Part shown: in pieces, positions 25,372-38,065 of the stretch | Layout: the number at the start of each line of letters is the position of its first letter | Numbering within the stretch: position 1 is the stretch's first letter | Source: Zootoca vivipara | Lineage: Eukaryota | Direction: 5' to 3' | NCBI RefSeq assembly: GCF_963506605.1 | Contig: NC_083282.1 | Location: 62,868,001 to 62,932,000 of the forward strand | DNA: 64,000 nt | Notes under the pieces: generated by a model | Database searches by the model: none | Seen by the model: only the letters and a program-made list of their open reading frames with translations | Told to the model about the DNA's origin: nothing | Program-made: the position numbers and the translations under genes

Positions 25372-27139
25372 TGGAAGTCATGTAGAAATGTTAGTTGGGC
25401 AACCCCGGCAGCAAAGCGCAAAAGTGTGGGTAGGAAGGCCACTAGTCAGGAAAAGAAACGAGATATAAATGACAAAAAAACACATCAGTTGAGATCAAAT
25501 AAACATATCAAGTCCACTTGGTATAGCAACTACACAGTGGGCTTGGGTGAAGGTATTTGCAGATGACATCAAACTGAGAGGAGTAACAGTTAAGGTAACA
25601 GTTCCAAGGCTAAGTTTTTTATTAAAGACAGATTTTTAAATTAAAAATGCAGGTGACACTCTTTTGCCAAGTATTGGTGGAATCCAGCAATGTCTATCCA
25701 TCAAGAAAACAGATGTCACCTTCCTCCTGCCAGTTGGTTCCCAATTATCAGGGGTTAGTAACATGCTTTTGGAAACTGGACTTACTGATGAACAATCCAG
25801 AGCCTCCTAGGAAAAACTTCTGATTTTGCTCTTGTGGTATGTACACAGACAAGTGCAACCTACTTTCCTGCTTAAAGTGTGGACAGCGGAAGCATTAACC
25901 TTAAGAGGGCTAAATCCAGATCTCCTGTTGACGCAGGCAGTGCAGATGGAGAATTAAAATTCCCCAAGCCCTTAAGAAACCTCTGGATAAGGAACTGTGA
26001 AAAGATGGCTTGTAACTGATTAAGTGATAAGCTGCTAATATAGCTAAGTGGATTGTAATGGATGAAATAGATAGGTCACCACCTTTTAGATCCTAGCAAC
26101 AAGGACACCCAAGCCAACCCCAGTGAACATTTCAACTCATCTCCCTTTATATCCCCCACTCACTTTCCCTGTTCCTCAGAAGTCCACCTTCTCTTACTTC
26201 TTGGTGTCATACCTTCTGCAATACTGTCCAGCACTTGTAATTTCCAATTATTTGGCACACTTTTTCATATTTTAGTCCCTTCTTAAAGTCGTCTTCAGTA
26301 GCATAACCTTTCCCAAACTTGCCCAGATAAAGACTACCATTAGAGACTACACTTATCAACCTGTTCCCTTTTACTTTGACTAGTACACTGCCGTAATTAG
26401 GGATGAGACTGATACTAATGACATTTGAAAAACTGATCTCAAAATGGGAAGTCTTCCAGCCACCACTCCCTTAATTCCTCCATGCAGATCAAAATCTGAG
26501 TGCTTGAGTCCTGCCCCAGTTTTGTCCTTTCACAAACCCCTGCCCTCAATCCATCAGTGGGACATAGGAGCAGCAGTGTGTCTTGTGCAAAGAGCTGTGC
26601 AGTAACTCATTTTTTATACAGTACAGTATATAAAAACTTCCTTCCCGTAGTACACGATCACTTGAAACCTGAGTGAGGGGAGCCTCCCTTTCACCAGCTT
26701 CATTGCCACTGCTGTTCTTGCACCCTGCCTATTGACAAGGGAATGGTTTGGGGGAGTGGAAACATGATTTTTCCTAGCTAATTTGAGAGTCTTCCCATCT
26801 GTAGTTGGGGACTAGAACAAGTACAGTGGTAAAGACTCACCAAATATAGTTAAATGAACCTGCAGCTAAGAAATAGCAGAGCATTTCCTTTTATTCTCAA
26901 ATATTCTACTGCATTAAGATTGAAATCTAAGAGAAGACAGATTTAAAAGTATCATACAAACTTTGATTAAGAATGGGGATGAACACAACTACAGACACCG
27001 GATAGTGCTGCTGTACACTCAAACACTGGCTGTGTCTCAAGCATGTAGAGACCAGCAGAGTGGGATGGGATATATATTAGTTTATTATATCCTACAGCAG
27101 CACTGTCCAGTGTCTATAGTTGTGTAACTACTAGAAGAA

Positions 27140-27403
27140 ATTCCTGCCAACCTAGCAGTTCAAAAGCACGCCAAAAAGTGCAAGTAGATAAATAGGGAAG
27201 GTAAATGGCCTTTCCATGCGCTGCTCTGGTTTTGGTGTTCCTTTGCGCCAAGAGGGGCTTAGTCATGCTGGCCACATGACCCAGAAAAACTGGACAAACA
27301 CCAGCTCCCTTGGCCTGTAAAGCGAGATGAGTGCCACAACCCCAGTGTTGTTTGCGACTGGACTTAACTGTCAGGGGTCCTTTACTTTTACATTTACCTT
27401 TAC
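27140..27403 (+). mobile_element. Sauria SINE 3' portion
   Basis: Ends in a TTTACCTTTACC tail. Confidence 0.75.
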
Positions 27404-28243
27404 CAGAAGAAATAGGCTTAGGGACAGCTGACAACAAAGTTGTCCACTTTCTGTCAATGTTTCTACAGACCAGGAAACATACTTGGTAACTTTTTTGAAG
27501 TTAGTGATTAGTGAAGTCAATGAGTCAGGGCCTGGCTTACCAAGAGATGCACTTTCTAATATTAGACATTAGAGTGATACGCAAGCATAACCCATTCTTT
27601 ACCTGCTGTTGAATACTTCTATTCACAGATCCATTGATGTCCTTAATGTTAACTAAACATACTTTCCCACAGTAACATGTGCTAAGAATGCTCTTCAGTA
27701 AATTACTATGAATGCATACTATTACAGTGGCATAGTAAAGATTTTGAGACTACTGTACTGTATTACCAAACTTCACAACCAACTCTGCTCAAAATACTAG
27801 TAGCCTACCATCAACGTGTTCGGCAGCTATGGCAGAAGGGTCATGAAACAGGCTCTCACTTTTGTAACCCATTTTTAGAAGCAAAGGTATACCTTTCACT
27901 TTTTAAGTAAGGACACATTAAGAATTCCACCAGTTATACAATTTTAACCAACTGCTTGATGTTAACCAACTCCTGAATGATACATATATTTGGTCTCACC
28001 TTGCATATTTCTAAAAAATATGCAAGTTACATTTTTTTATTACGTTTGTCTTGGTCAAGAGCTACAGTAGTGCAAATAATTGAAACTGAAGAAATCAGAT
28101 TTGACAAAGACCCTTTAACACCCGAAAGCTTGTATTCCTTCCCAATAGCTACAGCTGGCAGTATGGCCAGCACTAATATAACATAGAAGTAGTAACTTTT
28201 CATTTCTTTGTTTTTACTAGAACACAAATTAAGTTGGAAAATG

Positions 28244-28249
28244 TTTATT
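28244..28249 (-). terminator. Putative BCAS2 polyadenylation signal AATAAA
   Basis: AATAAA on the minus strand ~240 nt after the stop codon. Confidence 0.65.
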
Positions 28250-28488
28250 TTTAGTTATTTTAAAAAAATGGAAACATACACAAACAAAAAAGCTGCAACA
28301 TTCATGGCAGAAATTGGGAAACTGAGTAAATCCTTTTAGGAGCAGTTCTGTTCCTTGCAATCAGTTTTTCAGCAATCGGTTGCACAAATGACAGCTCCCC
28401 ACCCACAATACATACGCACACTAAGAAATTAGAATTTACAGCCATGCATAGACTGCAGTTTTTGTGCAGCTAAAGGCCAATGCAAGTC

Positions 28489-28615
28489 TCAGAAGTCCTG
28501 TTGGATGTTTTCTTTGTTTGCCTCTCCATGTTGCTGCTTAATTTGAGAAATTTCATTTTCCAGTTGCACAATAGTTCTTTCAATCTCATAGTTTTTACTG
28601 ACCAGGGACACCCAC
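28489..28615 (-). CDS. BCAS2: BCAS2 exon 7, terminal ([21 protein letters not shown]...QDF*)
   Basis: CAG acceptor; TGA at 28491-28489; the seven exons sum to 678 nt = 225 aa plus stop. Confidence 0.97.
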
Positions 28616-28811
28616 CTGAGGGGGGAAAGAGAACAAAAATTAAATTACTATAGGCTTCCTTAATGCTAGCTTACCAATTAAGGGAACAAATTGGAAGTGC
28701 TGTGGTTGAGAGAAGTCAATCTCAATTGAGACTTCCAACTGGTTTTGTATGAGGTTGTGTTCATCTCTGAAAGACAGAGAAGAGGTAGGGAGCAAAGTTC
28801 AAGAAACTCAC

Positions 28812-28892
28812 ATGGATTCCATCTCTCGGAGTTTAGCACCAGCTGTGAGCTGCATGTTCTTCCGCTGCCAGTTAAGGTCTTGAATGTGTTTC
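28812..28892 (-). CDS. BCAS2: BCAS2 exon 6 ([26 protein letters not shown])
   Basis: CAG/GTGAGT sites; 81 nt. Confidence 0.96.
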
Positions 28893-30056
28893 CTGAAGAA
28901 AAGGGTGACATACTCAATCACTTGTCATTTATTCTACTGCCCTCCCAAGTCCACAGTCAAGTGGAATAGACTGTACAATCACATATTCAGACCTAAAAGC
29001 AGGAGCTTGACAACTATTTTGGACTATCTCGGAAGCAATGTTAGAGTTCTAAGAGACTCTAGATTCAACACTTCAATGCTTTGGCCATCACTGACATGCA
29101 GCCCTCAGAGTTGGCTGACAAGGAATGTGATCCTCAAGCTAAAAAGACCTGTTAGCCACACCTGATCTTGATCCATTATCCAGAAGTAGCACCACTTGTG
29201 GACACCATCACCATTCAGATCTCTAAGAAACCATGTACATATGCTTCTTGAATTAGTCCTTGTATGGCACACCTAATTCTTTTCTTCTGAATTTCTTCTC
29301 AAAAAGCATTTTATCAGTAATTATGAATGACCTTTTAGTTTTAATGGTGGCCCTAGCTAGCCACGCAACTTAACAGACAAGGATTCAAGAGTAGGAAACA
29401 TGAGCTCATCCCTGCAATTTGGATCTCTACAATATTTTATGCCACTGGAGGTAGAAAAAAGGAAAACTACATTTTTTTCCAAAGTAAATCATGTGCACAC
29501 TGCCTGCATTAAGAGAGATCCAGGAAAGAGTTCAATGTAGCGCTAAGGAGATTGTCAGTGATCTCCCTTTCTCCTCCCCCACAAACTTTTTAGGGGTTCT
29601 CCCAGCTCCTCCAGAGCAAATTTGGGGGAGGTGTGGAAGCATGTAGAAGGAAGGGGGGAAGCTCCACTATACTAGCATAAGTCCTTGGATGGGGTTCTGC
29701 TAGAAGCAAGTCTTTTTTTAAACAGAACTCGCCAGAACTCAGTTCCAGCACCCCTCAGGTGGGCGCCATTGCCATTTTAAGAGAACAAAGGAGGTGTTCA
29801 TGGGGACTTCCAGCATGTCTTTTTCTAGAAAAATAGCACTGGCTAGAGGGACCTATTAGTTGAATCTGGCCCTCTGATCCAAACTACTGACAGATCTAAC
29901 TTCGTGTAATTCAAAAAAATAATCTACGACAAACAGCTTCACTCCCAGAAACAAATATCATTCTTGAGCTGTTACTTGGTATGCTGCTTCTCAAGGAGTA
30001 GTATCCAGAAAATTATCTAAGGGGAATAGAACAATCTGACCTTTTTGTATCTATTA

Positions 30057-30295
30057 CAGTGGTACCTCATATTGCAAACGGGATCCGTTCCGGCAGCCCG
30101 TTTGCAACATAAAAAGGCCGCAACATGAAGCGCCGCATCTGCACATACATGTGATGCAATGTGGCGCTTCTGCGTGATTTAGTGCTTCTGCGGACGCCCC
30201 AAACCCAGAAGTAACCCGTTCCGTGACTTCCCGTTCTGGCACATCCGTAACCTGAAAAGACGCAACATGAAGCAGACTGTCATGAGGTATGACTG
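30057..30295. mobile_element. Tigger-like MITE
   Basis: TA-CAGTGGTACCTC...GAGGTATGACTG-TA. Confidence 0.82.
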
Positions 30296-30574
30296 TATTT
30301 GGAAACGATGAACTAGTGAGACCTTCCTAATAACCAAGAGAATGTCTGAAAACAGCAGCAGTAACCCCAAATTCCAAAATGAAAGAAAAACATTATATTT
30401 AAATGTTTATTTCTTGCAAAAATCCCATATGTACATGAAGAACTCAAAATGCACACTGTACAAGAATGCATATTTTACAATCTGTAACAAAGACTAAAGT
30501 CTTATACACTATCAGTGCCCCATAAATTATAATTCCATTTTTATTCCAAAAGGCAACTGAAAAACAGGACTCAC

Positions 30575-30625
30575 CTCAAACTCTGCAGCTCCTTTTGTGC
30601 CTGTTCAATCATATGAACCAAATGC
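30575..30625 (-). CDS. BCAS2: BCAS2 exon 5 (HLVHMIEQAQKELQSLR)
   Basis: TAG/GTGAGT sites; 51 nt; frame-consistent. Confidence 0.95.
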
Positions 30626-30976
30626 CTATCAGCAAAGAAAAATACTAGTTCAAAAAATGATTCCAGTAGAGAGTTCAAGTAATGCAATGTACTGATCTAT
30701 ATTTTATCTTAAGCATAACTTAAGCTAACTGGGGGCCTTTAGCTTAACTCTGTTCACATGCCTCTATACAGTATTGTAACACTATTGATCCCTGAAACAT
30801 AAGAATAAAATTTGGCACACAGGGCACTATGTTTGAACTTCAGATACCAACTTAATAGTAGTTTAAAGGAAATCAATTATTTACCCAAATCACATTAATT
30901 GGCCCATCCCATATTCCCTTTAATGCTAATATGGTAATTGGTGTCAGTTCTTGTTTAATTAATTACTAGTTAATTA

Positions 30977-31222
30977 GAGAACCAGTGTGGTGTAGTGGTT
31001 AAGAGCGGTAGACTCGTAATCTGGGGAACCAGGTTTGTGTCTCTGCTCCTCCACATGCAGCTGCTGGGTGACCTTGGGCTAGTCACACTTCTTTGAAGTC
31101 TCTCAGCCCCACTCCCCTCACAGAGTGTTTGTTGTGGGGGAGGAAGGGAAAGGAGAATGTTAGCCGCTTTGAGACTCCTTCGGGTAGTGATAAAGCGGGA
31201 GATCAAATCCAATCCAAACTCT
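30977..31222 (+). mobile_element. tRNA-derived SINE (POMSINE/Squam-type)
   Basis: Pol III A-box TGGTGTAGTGG; near-identical to 44946-45200. Confidence 0.88.
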
Positions 31223-31439
31223 AGTAAATCAAGCTGACATGAAACATTTTTTCTAGATTACCAGCAGATACTTTTAAGTCATGAAAATTCAATATTTTAC
31301 TGAGAGAAATAAATATGGTAGGATTCACAGTTAAGCATGCTTTATGGGGCTGCTGTGTGGCATTCCTGGTCTATGATGTGTATGTCTCATGTAGTTTTAT
31401 GAAATGCTTTCCGTTGTTGTATACCACTTTGATACATTT

Positions 31440-32635
31440 TGTAAAATGGCGAAAAGAAATATCAAAATTTGTTTGGAAAGGGAAGAAACCGAGAATAAAA
31501 TATAAAATATTGGTAGATACGAGGGAAAGAGGAGGCTTTGGCTTACCAAATTTGGAAATTTATCACGATGCGGCGGGTTTAGTTTGGATTAAAGATTGGA
31601 TGGAGCTCAAAAATGATCGGATATTGGATTTGGAAGGAGCAGGATTGGGTTTTGGGTGGCATCTCTATATGATGAAAGAAAAAATGGAAAATCAAAACAT
31701 CTTTTTAAATAATATAATAAGGAAATCCCTATACAAAATTTGGAAAAAAATCAGAAAATATTAGAACCAAAAACACTGTGGTGGGTGTCACCATTTGAAA
31801 TGATAGCAGTAAAAAGAGTAAATATGGGAACAAGGTGGCCAACTTATAAGGAGGTAGTAGAAGAATCTAATGGAAATTGGAAATTAAAGGAATTTGAAAA
31901 AATTAAGAATATGTGCAGTGTTTCGTTGCAATACTTCCAAATCAGGCAAAGGTTTCAATTGGATAATAGAATTGGATTTGAGAAAGAAATGTCAAAATTT
32001 GGAAAAATTATGCTGGAAGGGAAAGGAAAATACATAAAAAACTATATGAATTAATTTTGGAACGGGAGACAAAAGACGAAATGACAAAAGAAATGATGAT
32101 AAAATGGGCTCAAGACCTTGGGAAAACAATTACAATTGAAAGATGGGAAAATTTATGGAGGCGAGATTTGAAGTATGTAATAAATTACGATTTGCAAGAA
32201 AATTTTCTAAAAATGCAGGACAGGTGGTATATGACACCCACAAAAATAGCGAAAATGTATAAAGGGTCAAAAAATGTATGTTGGAGATGCCAGGAGGAGC
32301 GGGGAACCTATATGCACATTTGGTGGAATTGTAGAAAAATTAATAAATATTGGGACGATATATATAATGAATTGAATTTTTTTAAAAAATATTCTTTCAA
32401 AAAAGAGCCGGAGATATTCCTATTAAATGAAGAAATAAAGGCAAAAGATAGAGTACTAATGATGCATGCGACGGCAGCTGGCAGAATGCTCATCGCGAGA
32501 AATTGGAAGAGTGAAATGCTACCAAAAATGGAGGATTGGGTCGAAAAATGGATAAGCTATCAAAATTTAACGATTGGAGTGGGGAGGGCTAAAGGCATAA
32601 AAGAAGAAAAGTTAGAAAAAAGTTGGAGTATGTGA
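31440..32635 (+). mobile_element. L1-clade LINE ORF2 C-terminal fragment (frameshifted), BCAS2 intron 4
   Basis: FVWKGKKPRI, GGFGLPN and the cysteine-rich CWRC...TYMHIWWNC motif across ORFs 31315, 31740 and 32057. Confidence 0.9.
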
Positions 32636-32825
32636 AAGTGCTAAGGAAGGAGAGATAGGTTCAGTTCTCAGTAGCAGGAAAGACAGCATTCCATTGACTT
32701 CAAGATTGGTTTTTTAAAAAGGTTTTCAGTTATCACTTTGGAAGCATTTCACAACTAAAAAAAGTCATAAAACCTTCCAGCTAGCCCTTTTTAAGAAATG
32801 ACTTGAGGGAGACACAATATCTTAC

Positions 32826-32987
32826 TCATTATACATTTTCCAGGCATTGCAGCCATACTGAGACATCAACTCCAAATTCTCAATTCGGACTGCCTGGTGC
32901 TCCAGCTGAGCCATTGAGTTATTAACACATTCTTGCCATGCTGTGATGTCATTCTTCTGCCCAGAGGATGGTGCAGGCAGCTCATAT
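32826..32987 (-). CDS. BCAS2: BCAS2 exon 4 ([13 protein letters not shown]...AWKMYNE)
   Basis: Within ORF 32822-33070; CAG/GTAAG sites; 162 nt. Confidence 0.97.
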
Positions 32988-33494
32988 CTGTGGAGAAAAC
33001 AAGAGAAATATTGTTCAGGAACATTAGGTGGTTTGAAGTTTAAGAGAATCATTGCACTGATCATGTCCATGACTAATTTTTATCAGTGAAATAGATGTGT
33101 ATCAACAGCGTTCAATAGCTCAATAAATGCTAAAGGTTATTTAAAATACCTGGAGAGCACAACAATTTTGGTTCATTTGACTGGTTTCAGCACATGTAGT
33201 CCTATTTGTAGAAGTATGACCCAATGTCTGCTTTCTCCAATGCTATCAATCAGCACGAAGAAATTTAATCTCTTTTGCTAAAGTGCTGAATTATAACTCC
33301 ATAAACAGACCTACAAGTTCCTTTAAGGCATAACAAATCCCTGACTATTGTTCCAACAGAGTAGACTGCCACCCTGAGGCAAGAACTAGAACATCACATT
33401 TTAATACTTTTCAGAATCATGCATCCAAACCTTAGTTCTTCCTAGATTTTGACTTCACATAGATGGTACGCCCCACAGAAGGTCCCTGAGTTAC

Positions 33495-33565
33495 CTTTTC
33501 ATGCTCAACAGTTCTATGGGCTGTCGCGCTGCTAGGCGTTCAAATTCATTCCGCATTATTTCAGT
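33495..33565 (-). CDS. BCAS2: BCAS2 exon 3 (TEIMRNEFERLAARQPIELLSMKR)
   Basis: TAG acceptor, GTAAC donor, 71 nt, phase 0/2. Confidence 0.96.
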
Positions 33566-33985
33566 CTATGAAACACAAGTCAAGAATTACTTGCAGTCTG
33601 GAAGACAATAACCTGAAAATTCTAAATATGATCACACGTAAGAAACAAAGGTCTAGACCTCAACCCTACACCAAAGAAATAACCTTGTCCTAAGAGATGT
33701 TCCGTGTGTCCCTGGAACTCCTGAACAAATTCTGGGCTCTTCATGTATTCTAGGGCTCAGCCCAGGTTTTGGAAACAAATAGTATTTTTCAAAGCACTGC
33801 TAGGACTTAAAAATCAGGGAGCTCTCAGTTCAAGTTTTACCTAGTCCAGAAAGTCACAATGTGACTTTAGGCAAGCTACTTTTCTCTCAGTCTCTACCAT
33901 TTACAATAAAGAGATAATATACTATCCTACCTTACAGAACAGCTGAAAAGACAAAGATTTCCAAGTAAACATTGCACAAATCTAT

Positions 33986-35446
33986 GAAGAAGAGTTTGGA
34001 CTTGATATCCTACCTTTCACTCCCCTTAAGGAGTCTCAAAGCGGCTAACAATCTCCTTTCCCTTCCTCCTCCACAAAAAACACTCTGTGAGGTGAGTGAG
34101 GCTGAGTGACTTCAGAGAAGTGTCTAGCCCAAGGTCACCCAGCAGCTGCATGTGGAGGAGCAGAAAATCGAACCTGGTTCACCAGATTTTTTTAAACAAT
34201 TTTTTAAATCTTTATTAGCAATTCACAAAAATTTACAGAAATTATAAAGCAAATTATTGCAAAATTTGCAATTTGCAATCAATAACCAATTAATAAACAA
34301 AACATTAAAATAAAATATTCAGAACTTAATTAAGGTTAACTGAAATACAAACTTAACTAAAATACAAAATTGACTTAGATACAAACTTATATTCTCCCTA
34401 CCACCACCAACCCTCCCCACACCCTTTAGTGCTTCCAGCCAATCTCATATTGCACCTTTTTTTGTGTGCATGTATATACCTAATTTCTGATTTTATCTTG
34501 ATATATATTTTTGTGAGCCTTCATAATTCTTTTGAGAGGTTGGCATTTTCTATAAAATTTGCTATATAACGTTTAATTTTTTCCCAATCTTTATTTCCCC
34601 CCCCCCTTCCTTTATCCCTTTAATTTCTGCTTCTTTTGTTGCCAGGTTATAATATGAAATCATTTTCAATTGCCAATCCTCTTTCGTTGATACCGTTTTG
34701 CTCTTCCAATTTTTCCCTATTAACAATCTCACTGCTGTCGTTGCATACATTAAGATACACCTGTCATTTGGTAGAATCTCATTGTCTAACATATCCCGTA
34801 AAAATAATTCTGTTTTTTTCTTAAATGGTTATTTTAATATCTTTTTAAATTCCTTATAGATCATTTCCCAGTAAGGCTTTATTTCTTTGCATTTCCACCA
34901 GATATGGATGTATGTACCGATTTCATTATGGCATCTCCAACATGAATCATTACTTCCCTTATACATTTTTGCAATCATTTCTGGCGTTAAATGCCATCTG
35001 TATTGCATTTTTAGTAGGTTTTCTTTTAGATTGTAATTAGGGGTAAAATTCATATCCCACTGCCATAAATTCTCCCATTACTCTAGCATAATTGTTTTTT
35101 CCAAATCTTGTCCCCACCGTATCATTGTCCCTTTTGTTATTTCCTCCTTAGTTTCCCAATCCAATAGCAAATCATACAACTTTTTTATATATTTATTTTT
35201 ACTCTTTAATAATATTTTATCTAATTCTGAAATTTCTTTATTGAAGCCATTTTTTATCAATTTGAAATCTATGATTTATTTGAAAATACTGAAGTTTTAC
35301 CTCTTCATACTTCTTTAATTTCAATTCCCCATCAACTTCTTGCAATAACTGTTTAAATGACGGCCAATTTATAGCCATATTCCTTTTTTTTTAACTGGTT
35401 CACCAGATTACGAGTCTACCACTCAACCACTACACCACTGGCTCCC
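33986..35446 (-). mobile_element. tRNA-SINE split by an L1 insertion (L1 34189-35394, minus strand)
   Basis: 15-bp TSD CTGGTTCACCAGATT at 34174-34188 and 35395-35409; L1 CWRC..HIWWKC motif, AATAAA and A-rich tail. Confidence 0.9.
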
Positions 35447-35451
35447 ATATA

Positions 35452-36060
35452 TCTATATAAAAATGTAAAAGGTACATGGAGGTGACACAGCACCTTTCTC
35501 AGAAACCGCTTGACCGATTCTGCTCAAATTTGGACACAACGTTCCATTCCACTGTGCAGAGGTTCCTATACAGGTTGCGTAGACAGATGTCACACCTCTG
35601 CAGGTGAAACCCCCCAAACCCCGTGTTTCAGAACTCACAAATCATACGAAAGTGCCTGTTGGGAGTACAAAAGAGATTGCAACACAGGACCCTCTAGCGA
35701 CGGCTACACTGGTACTGCACCTAGGAAAGCTTTCCTATCCACAGTATCTTCGCCTTTGCAGACTAGGCCGAGTGGAGGTAGGGACTTGCCTGGGTGGGGG
35801 ATGGGGGGCGAATAGGTCATGGGTTGGGACAGGATGGGCCCAATCATAGGGATGAGCTGGGGGTGGGGGGAGGGGCCGGGATAGGTAATGTGTCGAAACA
35901 GGGTGGGGGGAGACACAGGGATGAGCCTGTGTAAACAGAACACGTGTAAAACATTTCAACAAAATGAAGGAGGACTCTGAAGGTGAGGGGAGTTTGAAGG
36001 GGGACTCTGAGGCTCCATTTAACAGACTGAGCCACAGCAACGTGTGGCAGGGTCAGCTAG
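35452..36060 (+). mobile_element. Non-autonomous Helitron (609 bp)
   Basis: A|TCTATATAAAA...hairpin GCCACA-GCAACG-TGTGGC...CTAG|T; no TSD. Confidence 0.88.
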
Positions 36061-36300
36061 TTACATATATTATATGTAATATATGAGATATTCTCCATTC
36101 ACTTCCCCCTTAACACTCAGAATCTTTTTCTATTTTTGCATCTTTCCTTATATGTTTTGAGGAAAACAACACTTATACTTCAATTTCTTTTCAAGCGAAA
36201 TATACTTATCCCTGCCTGCACATTTTTTAAGATGAAACTTATATCAGTCCATAAAATCAGACCTCACAATTAGTGTTCTACTTTTATTTTAAGTATCCAA

Positions 36301-36657
36301 TAAAGTAAAGGTAAAGGTAAAGGGACCCCTGACCATTAGGTCCAGTCGTGACCGACTCTGGGGTTGCGCGCTCATCTCGCATTATTGGCCGAGGGAGCCG
36401 GCGTATAGCTTCCAGGTCATGTGGCCAGCATGACAAAGCCGCTTCTGGCAAACCAGAGCAGCACATGGAAACGCCGTTTACCTTCCCGCTGTAGCGGTTC
36501 CTATTTATCTACTTGCATTTTGATGTGCTTTCGAACTGCTAGGTTGGCAGGAGCTGGGACCAAGCAACGGGAGCTCACCCCATCACAGGGATTCGAACCG
36601 CCAACCTTCTGATCAGCAAGCCCTAGGCTCAGTGGTTTAACCACAGCGCCACCTGGG
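36301..36657 (-). mobile_element. Sauria SINE, near full length
   Basis: tRNA-like head with B box GGTTCGAATCC on the minus strand; (ACCTTT)n tail. Confidence 0.9.
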
Positions 36658-36788
36658 TACTGCTACTTAAAATGTATTAAGCAAGTTAACAGAAACCAGA
36701 GGTGGTTTCATGTTTATACTTAAAACTGGTAACTCAGATTAAGCTGTTACTTTAGAAGTTTTTGCTATGCAATACAAAATAGTTATAG

Positions 36789-36805
36789 CAGTGCCCTCTA
36801 GTGGC
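36789..36805 (-). promoter_or_regulatory. CTCF consensus site (GCCACTAGAGGGCACTG) in BCAS2 intron 2
   Basis: Close match to the CTCF core CCACYAGRGGGCRC. Confidence 0.6.
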
Positions 36806-37259
36806 TTGATTTCTATTAAAATATTATTCATTGCTCACTTTGAGACACACAGGAAAAACTGTTTTACATTTGTTGGAAATACAGCTAACTACTTCTGAAG
36901 TTGAGCATTGGCTTATTTTTATCCGTACCTTTATTGCTGTCAGAGTACAGTTAACTGGTTTCTTATGGTATTTTTAAATATATGGTGTGTGTGTTTTTCT
37001 TTCAATGAAATAATGCTATATACAATAGAAGAAGTTTGCAATGTCTTGACCCTAAAAGGCAGCCTAGAAATTTCTTAAATAAATACTTTAAATAACTTTT
37101 CTAGATTAACATCCTTAAACTGCTTTTTATTGTGTATTTTTAATTACTGTAAACAACCTTGGATATTTTATAAACTGGCTACCCATGTAAAACAAAAACA
37201 ACAAGCACTTCAAACTTTTGCCTACTGAGACAATTCCAAAAACCAAGAGGTGCGTCTTT

Positions 37260-37512
37260 AATAATAATAATAATAATTTATTATTTATACCCCGCCCATC
37301 TGGCCAGGTCTCCCCAGCCACTCTGGGTGGCTTCCAACAGAAGAATAAAACACAGCAATCTATTAAACATTAAAAGCCTCCCTGAACAGGGCTGCCTTCA
37401 TATGTCTTCTAAAAGTCTGGTAGTTGTTTTCCTTTTTGACATCTGTTGGGAGGGCGTTCCACAGGGCAGGCGCCACCACTGAGAAGGCCCTCTGCCTAGT
37501 TCCCTGCAACTT
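37260..37512 (-). mobile_element. L2 LINE 3' end
   Basis: Homologous to 51160-51400. Confidence 0.85.
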
Positions 37513-38065
37513 CAAGACTCAACCCTGACTTTAAGATTTAAAAAAATGGGGGGGGTGATAGGTCCCTCCCCCTAGCTGTATGCCGGGCGGTGGATTTCGG
37601 GGAATCTCGCTACACTGCAAAAACAAGCACGCCCCAGCAAGGTAACTTCTCAAGGACTACCATATGTGGGAAGCATTGAATCTGCTATTTTGGCCCACCA
37701 AGGCTTGTGCCCCATTAAGCCCATTAGACCTTCCTTGGAGGTTGTGAAGCAGACGTTGGATGGCCACCTGACATGGATGCTTCAGCTGAGATTGCAGGGG
37801 GTTGGACTAGATGACCCTTGAGGGTCGCTGCCTACCCTACAGTTCAATTATTCCATCATGACCAGCTAAAAGTCTGTTTCATTGTCTTTGTGGGCATCTG
37901 CAAATACCCGCACGGCCACTTCTCGTAGTTCCTTGACAGGGATGGGGAAATTATTGCCCGCCAGAGATAGTTACAACTATCATTCCCATCAGCCCCAGCC
38001 AGCTGCCATGGATGCTGGGAGCTGCAGTCCAGGTACCGGCAAGTCCCAGCTCTGAACCCAAGGAC

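Noticed and set aside
31315-32635. Three consecutive ORFs as a novel nested gene
   Set aside because: Frameshifted L1 ORF2 C-terminus.
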